From: a virus
Lineage: Duplodnaviria > Caudoviricetes
Length of the DNA stretch: 64,000 bases
Virus record (IMG/VR): IMGVR_UViG_651703002_000001
Coordinates: 64,001-128,000 of that record
Direction: 5' to 3' (one strand)
Part shown: piece after piece, positions 22,746 through 35,417 of the stretch
How the letters are laid out: the number at the start of each line of letters is the position of its first letter
Numbering within the stretch: the stretch's first letter is position 1
Notes under the pieces: generated by a model
What the model was told of the DNA's origin: nothing
What the model saw: only the letters and a program-made list of their open reading frames with translations
Database searches by the model: none
Translations under genes and position numbers: made by a program

Positions 22746-25700
22746 TTTTCACCTACCTTTATTTGTGTCGGCTGTTCTGGAATAACCAAATTACTAACAT
22801 CTCTGGGGTTATTCAGATCGTCTTTAAGTCTCTTAACACTCAATCTTGATAGATCTGTATATCTACTAGAAAAATAACTAAACAAAGGACTACCGTCTAA
22901 ACGTCTCTGAGACGGCGTATAAACGACTCCATCTATTGTCCAATTATCCTCATCGGCGTCATAATCCCTTGGCTCAAAAACGTTCCCAGTGGCTTCATTT
23001 ATCGCATTGTTCCATTCAGTCACACTAAAAGGTGTTTGTGTAAGTTCTTCCTGAACAAGTACACCAGTTGTCGGGTCGAACAATGGCAACGGATCAATAA
23101 ATGAACTGTTTGGATCCTGAACAGTTTTAAACTTTGGAGTCATAGAAGGTAATCCAGAATCCCATCTATAAGCCTTGTTTATTTCTGCAAAGGTTTCTTC
23201 ATGTTTCATAGATACACCACCATTAACAAATACGGTCAATAGAGTTATACCAACGAATCCAAAACCTACTGGATGAACAAAACGAATAACATCATCCTTG
23301 TATCTTGCTGTATTTAGCTCTGACCGGATACGCATAATGTAATATGAACGATTTCGGTTTATGTAATCAAGGTCTGAATATGCGAGTTCTTTACCCTTAA
23401 CCCCCCGAGTAATATTACCCTCAAACGGATTAGATTCAGATTTTATTATTTGACCATCCTCGAACTTACCTATAAGGTTATGAATTGTGATTTTCCATCT
23501 AAGGTTACCATCAACAAATTCACGTTCTATATAAGTTACGTTAGCTCTACCGGTTTTCGTATATATCGTTCTACCAACAAGATCCGGACTGATATTGGGT
23601 GATTTTACCAGTATATCATAGTCAACACCAACTTGTGATTCCGATTTCATATCCACATCAGCATTATATAGCAATTTGAACAAAAACTTATAACTATCTA
23701 TTTTTCCTCTAGAGCTATAAAAAGTAGCCGCATTTGCCTCAAAGAATTTACCACCTTCTCCCCGTTGGTTTGATCTAGAATATATTACGTCCTTCTCATT
23801 TCCGACCAAAGATATACAAAAGAATCTTTCTCTCTTGGATATTACAGTTTTATGAAGTTTTAACAATTTTACCATACATTGAGTCAGAACCCTCTGAAAG
23901 GAATTGCATATAATATTCCCCAAACTTAGTAAAGTTAGAATCGTTAAAGTAATATTCCCGGTCCCATCAATCTCAACATAGGGCTAATATCTGGGTCTAT
24001 CAAACCCGGTTATATCTTTCTCTTCTTCAACTCCCGGACGTTCTTGATTTACCCAATGAAGCCTTGTAGTGCGACATTTTCCGGCTTCCATAATAACAGA
24101 TGCAGTATCACGAACCCGATATGGAAACTCGTAATATCCAAATATTTCACCCCCTAAATCATTTTCTCTATTGTATTTCTTATGTATCAAAATACCATTC
24201 CAATATTTACTAAAGTTTTGGAAGTTTATATTATCTAAGAAGAACGTAACAGATCCAACATCCCACACTTCTTTGTTGATTTGACGTTTTTGGTCTATGG
24301 TGTATTGGTATTTTTCTGATGGAGTAACCAAAACTATTCTATTTTCATGGTTTTTCCAAATACGCTCACCAGTAATCGCCATATAATCAAATCCCGCCTC
24401 GTTGTAATATTTTGCGGGTTCTAATTTAAAGGTTATACCATCAGAGGTTTCCCATTGATACATATATACTTTTTTGTTACTAAGATAAGAATAATCCGAA
24501 CTATATTTAACCGCAGATGATACATCTTCCGGATAACAACTAGGTAGATCCAAATCAACTACGGTATCAGTATATTTGTAATTTGCCGCAGAAACAAACA
24601 GCTTAACCCCATTAATACTCATATCCGAGTATTCATGTTCTATATTAAATCGTTCCTCTTCGGACTCACCAAATACTCTTGTCCACGTTCCACCAGTAGG
24701 TACTGAAGGTTCCACGATTTGACCATTTTCCATGTATAGATCGAAAGTTGCCGGATATGCGAAATCCGCAACAAATCTTGCATATTTAAGTGGGTCAATA
24801 ATTTTATTAACTGGATCTGAATATATATCAGCAATAAATTTAAATGAATCCCGATTCCCAGCAGTAAACAAAAATCCACATCCATTAATGTCCCGTGAGT
24901 TTTCCCTTTGAAAATACGGGGTTTCCCAGCGAGGACTAACTTGCCCAACATGAGTACCATCAGGTAAAAACGTTGCGATACTTCTTACCCAACCATCAAT
25001 ACCATTAGTAAAATCAACATCTCCATCTGTTAAATTCATTTCCCCAAGTCTAAACACTTCCTTTTCATAGGTTTCATCGAATCTATAAACCCCAGAACAC
25101 TCAGATCTAACAACAAGTTTTTTATTCCGTTTGTCGTCATTTATAGATTTAACTTCACCACTAACTAGCGCATAGCAAGTATTGTTAAGTACGTCCATTT
25201 TTTTAATAACAATTCTTGGATTATCTGGGCAAATTTTATATTGAGTAGGATCCCACAATATTTTGCCGTTACTATCAACAGGACCACCACTTAGCTGAAT
25301 CCTACGCATAACACCATTAGCGGCAGCGTATAACCAACGATCTGATACTGTCTGAGATTCAACCTTACGGCGAATATCGTCCGGATACATGGCAAACGAA
25401 CCAAATACCATAGTTGGGAAAGGTATGGATGTATCAATATCCATTTTAACAAAGGTAAGTTCATCATCAGACCAGAAATGAAGATCTGAACTGAATCTAA
25501 CTTCATCCACGTTACGACCATAAAAAGCATAATCATAACCTAACAGGAATGCAGTATTATCATTTTGACTCATAATACTATTACCGGTAGGATATCCTAT
25601 ACGATCAGTAACCGCTTGGTAATAATACCAGTTTTGTCCACCGTCATTCGTTACTTTACTAAAGTTTTGATATTTCTCGAATGCATAGACTACTCTATTG

Positions 25701-26263
25701 TTCGCACCCAAATATATATTGGATAGATTGCTACAAATCTTAGAAACAGAACCAAGAATTTCATGATATTCATCATCTTCAGCTATCTTATCTTCTACGT
25801 TGGAGACGTTAGATATACCCGGATCGTATATGAAATTTTCATTCATAAGACTTGCCTGCATTACATCAGAGTTGAAATTGATATAATTCAATTTGTTCTT
25901 ATAAAGCTTCTTATCTATAAATTCAAACGAAGGGATAAAGTTTGACATAGTAGTTACTTGATAAGCATTCTCTGTAAATGTTTCAATTACTTCACTAGTC
26001 ACCCAATCGGATTGAGTAAGACCCGGATGTGTTGTTGAAATTCGGAGTTTATATTTTGTATCTGGTATTAAAGAAGAACTAAAATATTCAGGGGCGGATA
26101 CCACCCCTAATTGAGTCCAACTGTCATTACCAACTACATCAGAAACCATTGTATATTCAACAATATAATAAAAGTTAGAACCTACATCATCCCATTTCAG
26201 ATGAATAAAGTTTGCGCCTAACATAGCTACGCGCAAACTTGTAATAGTTGGAGCTTTATTCAT
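22736..26263 (-). CDS. 7: Baseplate wedge initiator gp7 (split by indels around 23800-24100)
   Basis: KAPTITSLRV...WDDVGSNFYYIVE N-terminus; FLFKLLYN and DVIRFVHPVGFGF C-terminus. Confidence 0.92.
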
Positions 26264-26264
26264 T

Positions 26265-28220
26265 TTATATTACCACCGCATTCATTTTAATGTTTGTGTA
26301 TTGTGGTCTGAGATTATTTTCAAAAACAATCAACGTCCCATCGGACGGGAATATGTTAAGAGAAATTGGGGAACTATGAAGTTCAATATAAGCACTTACA
26401 AACTGATCGGAATCTTTATTAAGAACCCCAAGGTCATAGCTTATTTGATCCGTTTCATAGTTAACAGACCCTACTGAATAGTATTTACTTCTCCCATCTA
26501 TAACCTTTCTATCAAAATCACTTCTGGTATATTCGGGAACAGATGTAATATGACCGGCAGAAAATGGACCAACCAACATCAATCCAGTATTCGCGTTACC
26601 GGTTCCTGTTGGGTCTAAAATACCATTTTTCTTAGTTGCTACGTAATGAACATCATATTTTGTAGATGTGTTATGGATATAACTAATCTCTGAGCTATAG
26701 ATAGACCCTTCTGTAAGGTCATTATTAAACCTTATACCATCCATCGGACTAGTATAATAGTTTTCTATCTCACGCACAAGCCCTATTTTTGTTTCAGTAC
26801 CAAGTATAGAAACGTCAGTTGCATCTATACGGCCATTCATCTTAGATGTATAGAAACCAGCGTTGAAAATCTCAACCTCTTCTGTATAATAGCGGTCAAT
26901 TGAGTTCAATACCTGCCCTTGTAACCACTCTTCAGTTTGTGGTAATTGGTTCAATGCGTAAGTTACCTTTATGTCAGACTTGACATACATGTAATTTGGA
27001 CTATGAACTACGGGGGTGATTGTACTAACGTTGTATGGTCTGAGATAGTTCTGTATATCTTCTTTCTGAACGGTAGTTAGATACAACCCATTAGTTGGTT
27101 TAATCGCTATAAAAGCATAACCGGGTTTCTCGGGGTTTGTATAGCACTGGATAGCCTGTGTGATGTTACCGAATCGAGCAGAAACAAACGTCTCATAATC
27201 TGAAGCAGTTACACAACGGCGCTGTGTTTCTCTCATAACAGGACCAAGAGCCCGAATTCTCTCAATATCTTCTGGCTCACCACCACCGATAGATCCGACA
27301 TAGTTTGGATCTTCGATACCTAGCGGGTTGTATGGATTTTCATCAATCGATTCTACAACCAAATTAGGAATGGTATCAACGTAATCAAAACCGCGAGTAC
27401 CGTTAGCAGCGGATCCTTTTGTATTGATATATTCAATTACAATAGTATCACCTACAGACGGACGCATACCACCCACATAATTACTACGCAACATACCATT
27501 AGTATCAACGGATGATTCACCTTCACCAAAATATATTTCAGTGAATGTATCTATGGTTTCTCTCTGGTAAAATACAGAAGAAGTGCCACCAACCCGAACT
27601 ATTGGGTTATTTGTCCAATCCGTCCATTTAGCTCCATTAACATAAACGTTAACATAACGGCGATCTATATTTGGGTCTTGAATAATTATACTAGCGTCTT
27701 TACCAAACGTAATTTGTTGGCGGATAATACGACCTTGAACTAAATTGAGGTCTGTTATATAACGCTTATCGATACCTCTAATAACTTCAACATCTTCCCA
27801 AGTAACGTAATCATAGAACTCAACTTCTTCAATAGAGGCGGTAAACTTGGTTCCTTTAGGAATAGTTATTGAAATCGGGCTACTATCGATTGGGCTGTAA
27901 TATGCTTTGAATCTGATAGTATTAGTTGATGCACTAGTACCAAATGGCATATATCCCATATCTTGAGCTAATTGTACTATAGACGAACGAAGGCGAGCAG
28001 TTTGGTTATACCCTTCAAACAATGCACCATTAGCAAACTGTTGATGATACAACAGCGCATATGACATTGCTTCAAGAAGAACGGTTAAACGGGATCCTTC
28101 GAAATCGTAATCTTTAAATTCATTTTGGTTTTTGAGGAAATCCCTCAATTTTTGTTTGAATCCATCAAAGGTACTTTCTTTAAATACATTTGGGATTTCT
28201 ACTGCATTAATCTTAGCCAT
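26265..28220 (-). CDS. 6: Baseplate wedge protein gp6
   Basis: EFKDYDFEGSRL, TARLRSSIVQLAQD, RETQRRCVTASDY. Confidence 0.97.
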   Translation of the reverse strand: MAKINAVEIPNVFKESTFDGFKQKLRDFLKNQNEFKDYDFEGSRLTVLLEAMSYALLYHQQFANGALFEGYNQTARLRSSIVQLAQDMGYMPFGTSASTNTIRFKAYYSPIDSSPISITIPKGTKFTASIEEVEFYDYVTWEDVEVIRGIDKRYITDLNLVQGRIIRQQITFGKDASIIIQDPNIDRRYVNVYVNGAKWTDWTNNPIVRVGGTSSVFYQRETIDTFTEIYFGEGESSVDTNGMLRSNYVGGMRPSVGDTIVIEYINTKGSAANGTRGFDYVDTIPNLVVESIDENPYNPLGIEDPNYVGSIGGGEPEDIERIRALGPVMRETQRRCVTASDYETFVSARFGNITQAIQCYTNPEKPGYAFIAIKPTNGLYLTTVQKEDIQNYLRPYNVSTITPVVHSPNYMYVKSDIKVTYALNQLPQTEEWLQGQVLNSIDRYYTEEVEIFNAGFYTSKMNGRIDATDVSILGTETKIGLVREIENYYTSPMDGIRFNNDLTEGSIYSSEISYIHNTSTKYDVHYVATKKNGILDPTGTGNANTGLMLVGPFSAGHITSVPEYTRSDFDRKVIDGRSKYYSVGSVNYETDQISYDLGVLNKDSDQFVSAYIELHSSPISLNIFPSDGTLIVFENNLRPQYTNIKMNAVVI

Positions 28221-28641
28221 CTGAGAGTTCCATTTTAAGTTCTATAACGTGGGCCAAATCGGTAATCAATGAATAATATATAGATACTATATATTCGTTT
28301 CTATCATACATAGGGACAACTTTAACTTGTCTGATTTGGGCTCTGGGTTCGTAATTTCGTATTGCATCATAAATACTACGTTCTACCGCACTAGTAGATG
28401 CATCGTTCATTAATTCAAATAATTGGGCTCCTATATCACAACCGAAATTTGGGTCGAATGGTTTCTCTCCTTTCCTTGTTGCAATAATACCAGCCATTGA
28501 TTGTTGTACAGCACTGACGTTAGTTATCATCAATACGTCATTGGTTTTAATATCTCTTCTGAATAACGAATCGATATCAGAATAATACGTTATTTTTTCG
28601 TTAGATATTATTTTTAACCGGTTACCGAAAAATTTAGACAT
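28213..28641 (-). CDS. 25: Baseplate wedge protein gp25
   Basis: YSDID, TRKGEKPFDPNFGCDI..QLFE, IRNYEPR. Confidence 0.95.
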   Translation of the reverse strand: MSKFFGNRLKIISNEKITYYSDIDSLFRRDIKTNDVLMITNVSAVQQSMAGIIATRKGEKPFDPNFGCDIGAQLFELMNDASTSAVERSIYDAIRNYEPRAQIRQVKVVPMYDRNEYIVSIYYSLITDLAHVIELKMELSDG

Positions 28642-28653
28642 AAGGTTTTCCTC

Positions 28654-28950
28654 TTAAACTACAAATACATTAGTTGAACACTCAACTATAACTTCACCTT
28701 CAGTACAAATATCGGCAAGTTGGGCAACCCGTTTTCCTTCAATAAAAACCTTAGCAGAGCTTGCAATGACTAATCCACTTTTTGGACTAGGGTCATCACC
28801 GGGTTTTATATGTGTTATTACTCGATCATCTTCTCTAACTAATATTTGTCTTCCATTAGCAAAAACCGTTGAAGTAGTCCCTATTACCTGACTTGGTAAC
28901 CACGGACCCGGTCCTATAGTTTTTGCTCCACTCAATACTAATCCAGCCAT
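28654..28950 (-). CDS. 5.4: PAAR-like spike tip protein gp5.4
   Basis: 98 aa, MAGL..., SAKVFIEGKRVAQLADIC, STNVFV. Confidence 0.85.
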   Translation of the reverse strand: MAGLVLSGAKTIGPGPWLPSQVIGTTSTVFANGRQILVREDDRVITHIKPGDDPSPKSGLVIASSAKVFIEGKRVAQLADICTEGEVIVECSTNVFVV

Positions 28951-29463
28951 TTAAATCTCCAATTTTGGGAACGGGCCAGATGCTTGTACATATGCCCGAA
29001 ATTTAGAAACCCAACCATTAAAAGACCCATAGATAGTCATTGTTTCATTTCGTGTTATCGTATGACGAACAGGAACCGTAGGTACTGTTATGTCATCATA
29101 AATCAACGGTTGGGTGTATGTGATTACACGTACCAACTCGCTAGGCGGGTTAAATGCTACAAGATCGCACGTACTGGCGTTGGGTAAGCTCGCGAATGAG
29201 TTAGTTTGGTGTATTTGTAAACTAACTCGGTACCTATACTTCAAAACCAAATCTACTTTTCCATCAAAATAATCGTTGACTTGTCCGTGAAGTCTGTTAC
29301 CATCTAGGAACAAACCATCAGATGACAGATCTTCGGATGGTACTACTTGAAAACTTACTAGCCTGTCAGTAGGTAGTAAGCTATACGAAAAAATGCTATC
29401 AATCTGGGTTTCGTTGTCATAAACAATCGGTTTCCAGTTTGTAGGTGTTATAATTTGTGCCAT
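28951..29463 (-). CDS. 5.1: gp5.1-like baseplate protein
   Basis: 170 aa between genes 5 and 5.4; IYGSFNGWVSKFRAYV C-terminus like T4 5.1. Confidence 0.7.
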   Translation of the reverse strand: MAQIITPTNWKPIVYDNETQIDSIFSYSLLPTDRLVSFQVVPSEDLSSDGLFLDGNRLHGQVNDYFDGKVDLVLKYRYRVSLQIHQTNSFASLPNASTCDLVAFNPPSELVRVITYTQPLIYDDITVPTVPVRHTITRNETMTIYGSFNGWVSKFRAYVQASGPFPKLEI

Positions 29464-29515
29464 TGGGAATTCCTCCTATGGTATTTAGGGCTAGTTATAT
29501 AAAAACGAGGTAATT

Positions 29516-29875
29516 ATGTATTACAAATTTAAAAATGAAGAAACAATTCAAGAATTTAATAAATCTAATATTAACTCAGAAGCTAATCATAAAATATCAA
29601 AAATTATCGGTAACTCAATTTTTAAAGTAAAGAAAATGGATGTTCGGGGTCAAATCGTTGATATAGAAGGAACTAACCTAAATGAAACATTACATCCAAT
29701 TTTTAACGGAGATGAAGTTTCAGAATTCCTAGAAGAGGTAACGTTTTTAGAATCAGAAAAATCAGATAACCACGTTATTAATAGTGTTAAAAATGAATTA
29801 TTGGTTATGCGTCAACGTCTTTTGGATCAAACATTTCGAATTGATGAGCTTTTGAACAAAATGGAGAATATGTAA
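29516..29875 (+). CDS. Hypothetical protein
   Basis: 119 aa, GAGG RBS. Confidence 0.75.
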   Translation: MYYKFKNEETIQEFNKSNINSEANHKISKIIGNSIFKVKKMDVRGQIVDIEGTNLNETLHPIFNGDEVSEFLEEVTFLESEKSDNHVINSVKNELLVMRQRLLDQTFRIDELLNKMENM

Positions 29876-30135
29876 TGAAATTAGTATATATTGGAAGTAA
29901 AGATGATCATCAAGTTAAAAACTTCCGAGTGAGAAGAGAACTGAAAAACTTCATTAAAGAATTTGATAAAGTGGAAGATGAAGATTTGCTGATGGAAGTA
30001 AAAATGAAAGAAACCATCTACTGGGATTACTGTCCTTATGATATGGATATAGGTAATGGAAAACAAACCTTCGTGTGGGGTCTTGAAAAAGAAGCTTTAT
30101 CCGACTATATCAATGAACGGGCACAAGATATTTAA
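29875..30135 (+). CDS. Hypothetical protein
   Basis: 86 aa, TAATG coupling to previous ORF. Confidence 0.75.
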   Translation: MKLVYIGSKDDHQVKNFRVRRELKNFIKEFDKVEDEDLLMEVKMKETIYWDYCPYDMDIGNGKQTFVWGLEKEALSDYINERAQDI

Positions 30136-30139
30136 AAAC

Positions 30140-30168
30140 AAAAGGGATCCCAATCGGGATCCCTTTTT
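30140..30168. terminator. Bidirectional terminator
   Basis: AAAAGGGATCCC AATC GGGATCCCTTTTT between convergent genes. Confidence 0.85.
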
Positions 30169-30170
30169 CA

Positions 30171-32012
30171 TTAGTTAATACTAACAGTTGCACCACTAAG
30201 TTCAGTTGTACCCTGAGAAGGAATAAGGCGATTGAGCAGCCTGTGATTTGTAACTACCTGCCACAGTAACATCATAATCACCCAACACGTTTAAAGACAT
30301 ATCGCCTTCAACATTTTGATTACAATTACCTTGAACAGTAGCAGTCAAATTTACTTTCTACTTCACTACCCACATTCCCCCCAACAGACATAGTAACATC
30401 AACGTCTGTGCGCGATTCTAAGCTACCGTTTATAGTTTGGCTTGGCATTCCCCTTGATTGTCTGGTCAACGTCCCCGTGTATCGTCTCAGACACGTTTCC
30501 TTTGACAACCTGAGTTAGATTACCATCCACTTGTTGTAAACAATTACCCATAACGTATACAGTTGCATTACCTTCAACTACAACTTGATAATCCCCTTTG
30601 ACGTTGACCAATTTATTAGCCATATCAATAGTAAAATCATCACCATATACTTTATTTAATTGACGACCATCACCAGAAACCTCTAAAAAAGTTCCAGATG
30701 GATGTTTCAAATGATAACGTTCCGCACCGGGAGTATCGTCAAATTCTTGAACATGACCGCTCTCCGATTCATATACATGATTATATGGATATTGTGCATT
30801 GTAAGAACTTTTAGGTTCTTCAAATAGCAATCCATCATCTCTAGGGACCGGTGGAACTGACGGATCATCAGGGTCTGTTTCTGCTAATGGTGTTGGGGCA
30901 GGAGCCGCAGAAAATGAACGAAGCATAGTTCTTCCCATTCTCATAGGAATCGGCAACTCTGGTTCTTCTTTAACCATAACCCCATAAGATTCTAAGTTTC
31001 CGGTTAATACGATTCTAGCGACTCTATTTGCTCGACCCGGCGTTTGTTTTGCCCATAACGAGTCCAACATACCAAGTTGAGCTTCTTTCCAACGTTCATT
31101 ATACATATGATCTAGCGTAGTTCTAAACTTTGAAAGACCACCCGCACCCATTTGGAAAGCCATATTTTCAAGAGCCATCTGACGAGAACGGTTTACTTTA
31201 ATATATACCTGTCGGATATTTTCAAATCTCAACATATCAGCTCGGGTTTTATTAATATCACTAGAAAATAAAGTTGATACTTCTTCGGCAGTAATAACTC
31301 CATTTACTTGTCTGCCTAATTGCTGAGATAATATTGAGTTGATTCTACCCATATCTCGGGTTTTTTCAAATATTATTAAATGACCAATACCTACAGTTGG
31401 ATATCCAAGATGATCCCAATATACGTCATTTCTAACGCCTTCATCACCTTTAAGCATTTCCTCAATTGTGAAATCTGGATTATCATCAGGTTTAACATCT
31501 GCAATATCTCGGTCATCAGGGGCAACTGCAACCGTTGTATTTTCGTCTTGGGTATAAACCCCAATAGGTTTTCCACCATACGATGGCGGTGATGAACCGT
31601 TTATACTATTACCCTTCTGACCGCCCCCAGCAAGGATATTAACATCATTACCGATATAACGTGGAAACCTACCAAATGGATCACAAAACCCTCTAAGGGT
31701 GTTTGGTTTTTCAGTATAGGAACCGGGAATACTAAACAATATCAATCCGTCCTGACGAAATGCGTCTCTAAACACCCCCATAACCCACGTACCCTCAACT
31801 AGGTTAGTTGGGCTATGACCTATACCGGAAATAGATGCGGAATCCGTAGAAGTGGCGGCATGGAACCATAACAGTTCTTCGGTGGGTATACCTACCATAT
31901 CACTTTTAGATTTTTGGTCAGTATGTATACCAAATACCCTTACTCTATATCTTCCTTGGTGAAGAGGATCGAATCGATCCTCAACTACCCCATAGAAAAA
32001 ATCACTGATCAT
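30171..32012 (-). CDS. 5: Baseplate hub/tail lysozyme gp5 (C-terminal beta-helix disrupted by indels near 30230-30445)
   Basis: GVVEDRFDPLHQGRYRVRVFG OB fold, lysozyme DEG...GYPTVGIGHLI, YPYNHVYESESGH, VxGxxxxx repeats, ends TVSIN. Confidence 0.96.
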
Positions 32013-33250
32013 TCTTTCTCTCCTTACCACGAATATCAGAATCTGAAATCAGTTCTGCGCTTATGAAATATGTTTCGCGTGTTAATGTGTGTGTCAACGA
32101 ATTTACTAACCAATGACCGGCGTCTTTTGATGTTAGTTCCCCGTTGGTATCACCAGCTATTATATTTACCGATGGTTCCACAAGACAGATCTGTATTACC
32201 GGGAATCTGTATCAGCATACGTTTTGCGTTGAGAGAAGCCCTATTTGTAGTTCTAATTCCAACAGAGTTACCATTAGACCCAATGTTTATATATTTATAC
32301 ATTTGATCTTCGTTGGAAAGAATAACACATGTATTCCGTTCTGGGGTTATTTCACCACCAAACCAAGGCTCTGGGTTTAATTTAGCGATATATCTGCTTA
32401 ACCCATAATAATCTTGGTAACTACTTCTATATGATTTATTTGTTATGCTCATTGTATGAACATCCACACCTAAACCACCAGATCTATATTGTTCTGCAAG
32501 ATTATATCCCTTCACCCTCTGTAGTTTTATTATTTTATTGTACATTGATATATCATGGGTTGCTTCAAATGTAAGATCCACTTTAGGTTCTTCTATCATT
32601 AAAGTGGTTCCACTCTTAAAGTTCACTCCATTTATATCTTCGTAAAAATAAAAATTACTATCCCCTTTAGCATTCGGTTCAGAAGATTGTGAATTCTGAG
32701 CTAAATGATTTATAACAGATAATGGAGTTAGGTTAGGTATTACTATATCCCGATTATATAAAGTTTTTTCTATAAAAATATAATCATCTTTAAATCCTAT
32801 TAAATTAAGCATATCCTTAATTATAGAATGAATTGAAGTATTCAAATAACTTTTACTAACTTTACGATATTCGTTATTCATTTCCTCTTCAGACTGAAAA
32901 TACATTCTAACATATTTCTTTATCTGTGTATTTGGAGAGGTTATATCTTCATATCTCAATATTTTAAACATCTTAGAATATGTTTTTGCTTCTTCACCAT
33001 TTAGATGTACTGACCGAAAACTTATTTGTATCTTTTCATCACCACGGGGGTTTATTGTGTTTATAAGGTTCATGGAATCTACAAAATCCATTGAACCTTT
33101 CAACAACCCTTGGGTGATTCCTTCGGTAATACTAACCGACTTAAATATTTCCGATATATCCAAGCCGGTAGGATCATTACCCTGAACAAAAGCAATTCGG
33201 TCGATAGTAAAGTTTTCATAAGCAACTGAACTACGGCGACTAATTCCCAC
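32002..33250 (-). CDS. 27: Baseplate hub protein gp27-like (indel near 32165)
   Basis: Between genes 53 and 5; FYFYEDINGVNFKS, IPGNTDL, shifted C-terminus DAGHWLVNSLTHTL. Confidence 0.78.
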
Positions 33251-33803
33251 GGATTTTCTCCATCATTCTGGTATATTCATCCATAAAGCGACCAAGATCG
33301 TTTGGATTCAATACGTTAATAGTTCGTCTGGATTCATTCACAGACAATTCATGTTCGATTGCAGTTACCGGAACGAGCGTTCCTACATGTTGGGGATATA
33401 AATGCATAGTATCCCCTATATCATACCAGACTTCTGATTGAATTGGATATTCAGTTAATCTGAAATACATTTCACCTTCATCATCCACATGATAAAGAAC
33501 GGTCCCTTCCTTAGCCTCAAGATTTGCATATTTTCTTAATGTATATTGATGAACTACTTCTTCAGGACATATCCAATCGTAAAAAGGATCGTATATATCA
33601 TTTAACATTAACAGTATCCAATAATATTTGGTGTCCCCATATATATCATAAGATACCTGTTCCGGACGAGGGGAACCAGAAAGAATATATTTTCTAACAA
33701 CGAATCTACTAATTATATCAGCAAAATAATCGCCATGCGGTTTGAATATATTTGCGGTAGGAGCGCCATTATAATTTATTGGTGGAAAGAAATTAAAAAG
33801 CAT
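33240..33803 (-). CDS. 53: Baseplate wedge protein gp53
   Basis: MLFNFFPPINY, GSPRPEQVSYDIYG...YWILLMLNDIYDPFYDW. Confidence 0.96.
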   Translation of the reverse strand: MLFNFFPPINYNGAPTANIFKPHGDYFADIISRFVVRKYILSGSPRPEQVSYDIYGDTKYYWILLMLNDIYDPFYDWICPEEVVHQYTLRKYANLEAKEGTVLYHVDDEGEMYFRLTEYPIQSEVWYDIGDTMHLYPQHVGTLVPVTAIEHELSVNESRRTINVLNPNDLGRFMDEYTRMMEKIRGN

Positions 33804-34879
33804 TATTTATCACCTTTAGTTGAACCATAAGAACCAAAGAAGAATTCCCCAGTATCAGGAGTACCAAGCCCTTTAGTAAGTTGTTCCCAGTAGTCACGAT
33901 AAACTGGACGCAATTCGGAGACGGTAATCTCAAAGTCGATTGCTATTGAATCCGCAGCGGTAGACGCAAACGTATCATATAATTGATCAGGTGTTTTGTT
34001 TATCCGAATGTTGGTTATACCGGCTGGACCCATAGCAAATTTAGGAGTAAACCTAATCTTATTGGTCCCTTCTTGGTTTACACGTTCTTCAATGAACCAT
34101 AGAGGGGGAACAGCAAGCGATGTATAGCCAGCACCAGCACCCAATTGTGAGTCTGTAGGAATACCAAGATCCTTCATACTAACAGCCCCACGGTTTTCAG
34201 CGGAACTATATATCATGAAAGTTTTGATGATCTGTCCTACTTCTTTAAGTTCTGCCATAGATCTAGGTCTAAACTGAAACATAAAGTTTTGTTGTCTAAC
34301 ACCAGTACCTTTATACATCTGTGCGGAACGGTCACCAAGTATATTTCCGGTTACTTGTGAGTTAAATCTTTGAGTTAATCCACCGGCTTCTACGATTAAT
34401 TTTTGTACTGCTGTTGTTGCGGTCGCAGATAGCGCATTTTTAGCAACGTCCATAAGGTCATCATTTGATTTTCCAGAAGATGCATAGTTCATTAGCAAAT
34501 CTTGCATAAAACCACCATCATTAGAATCGTATGTATGACTTATATTTTCATTCATGTTGGGCATATATAACTGAATTACTGCCAACGTTTCTTCATTGAA
34601 AGAACCTTTTACCGAATTCATAGACCGTTCATTTATATTATTATTGCTCAATCCACCGGTTGTTGGCTTTACTGCATAGAATACAAGATACGATGCATGT
34701 TTATTATCAGAACCTTTCATAGTTAGTGGATATTGCAATGCGGCTATTCCTTTTTGCTTCATATCAACGTTTTCTAAAATTAGCTCTGCTCCCTCGGCTT
34801 TAACACCACCATTACCGTATAAGGGTTTTGATTTTTTTGTGGTATTAGCTTTACTTACTATATTAACCTTCATTGTCAT
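33803..34879 (-). CDS. 48: Baseplate tail-tube cap gp48
   Basis: LQYP, IQLYMP, MYKGTGVRQQNFMFQFRPRS, VPPLWF, INKTPD. Confidence 0.88.
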   Translation of the reverse strand: MTMKVNIVSKANTTKKSKPLYGNGGVKAEGAELILENVDMKQKGIAALQYPLTMKGSDNKHASYLVFYAVKPTTGGLSNNNINERSMNSVKGSFNEETLAVIQLYMPNMNENISHTYDSNDGGFMQDLLMNYASSGKSNDDLMDVAKNALSATATTAVQKLIVEAGGLTQRFNSQVTGNILGDRSAQMYKGTGVRQQNFMFQFRPRSMAELKEVGQIIKTFMIYSSAENRGAVSMKDLGIPTDSQLGAGAGYTSLAVPPLWFIEERVNQEGTNKIRFTPKFAMGPAGITNIRINKTPDQLYDTFASTAADSIAIDFEITVSELRPVYRDYWEQLTKGLGTPDTGEFFFGSYGSTKGDK

Positions 34880-34899
34880 ATACCTCTGTCATTTATATT

Positions 34900-34922
34900 T
34901 ATTTAGGGCTGGTCCCTAAATA
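34900..34922. promoter_or_regulatory. Back-to-back divergent late promoters (CCCTAAATA on each strand)
   Basis: TATTTAGGG CTGGT CCCTAAATA between divergent genes 48 and 4. Confidence 0.8.
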
Positions 34923-34946
34923 TAAGTAAACAACGGAGGAATTATA

Positions 34947-35417
34947 ATGGCTGGTCATAAAGCCCATAAGGGGCAGTATTTTGTGAAGAACCCAGAAAAA
35001 TATAAAGGGGACCATAGAAAAGTAACCTATAGGAGTTCTTGGGAAAAATACATTATGGAACTTCTAGATAACCATCCCGATGTTAAATATTGGAACAGTG
35101 AAGAATTGGTAATTCCATATTTTTCAAATGCAGATGGAAAGAAAAGACGGTACTTTATGGACATGTATATACAATGGATTGATGGTAGCGTATCGCTTTG
35201 GGAGGTAAAGCCCACACACGAATGTTATCCCCCAGTACCACCAAAAAGAAATACATTGAAAGCTAAAAATGCATACATACATGCTCAATATACTTGGGCA
35301 GTAAATAATGATAAGTGGAAAACCACAGTCGCATTATGTGAAAAGAAGGGATGGAAATTCAATATAATAACTGAAATCGCTCTAAAGAAAATGGGCTTTA
35401 AAGGATTGAAGAAATGA
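34947..35417 (+). CDS. 4: Head completion nuclease gp4
   Basis: NPEKYKGD..VTYRSSWE, WNSEELVIPY, RRYFMD, EVKP, VNNDKW. Confidence 0.96.
   Translation: MAGHKAHKGQYFVKNPEKYKGDHRKVTYRSSWEKYIMELLDNHPDVKYWNSEELVIPYFSNADGKKRRYFMDMYIQWIDGSVSLWEVKPTHECYPPVPPKRNTLKAKNAYIHAQYTWAVNNDKWKTTVALCEKKGWKFNIITEIALKKMGFKGLKK

Noticed and set aside
22736-26263. Split gp7 (also gp5, gp11, gp14, gp27) as programmed frameshifts or pseudogenes
   Set aside because: Breaks fall mid-domain in essential genes, several are clustered, and they lack the short/long product logic seen at gene 26
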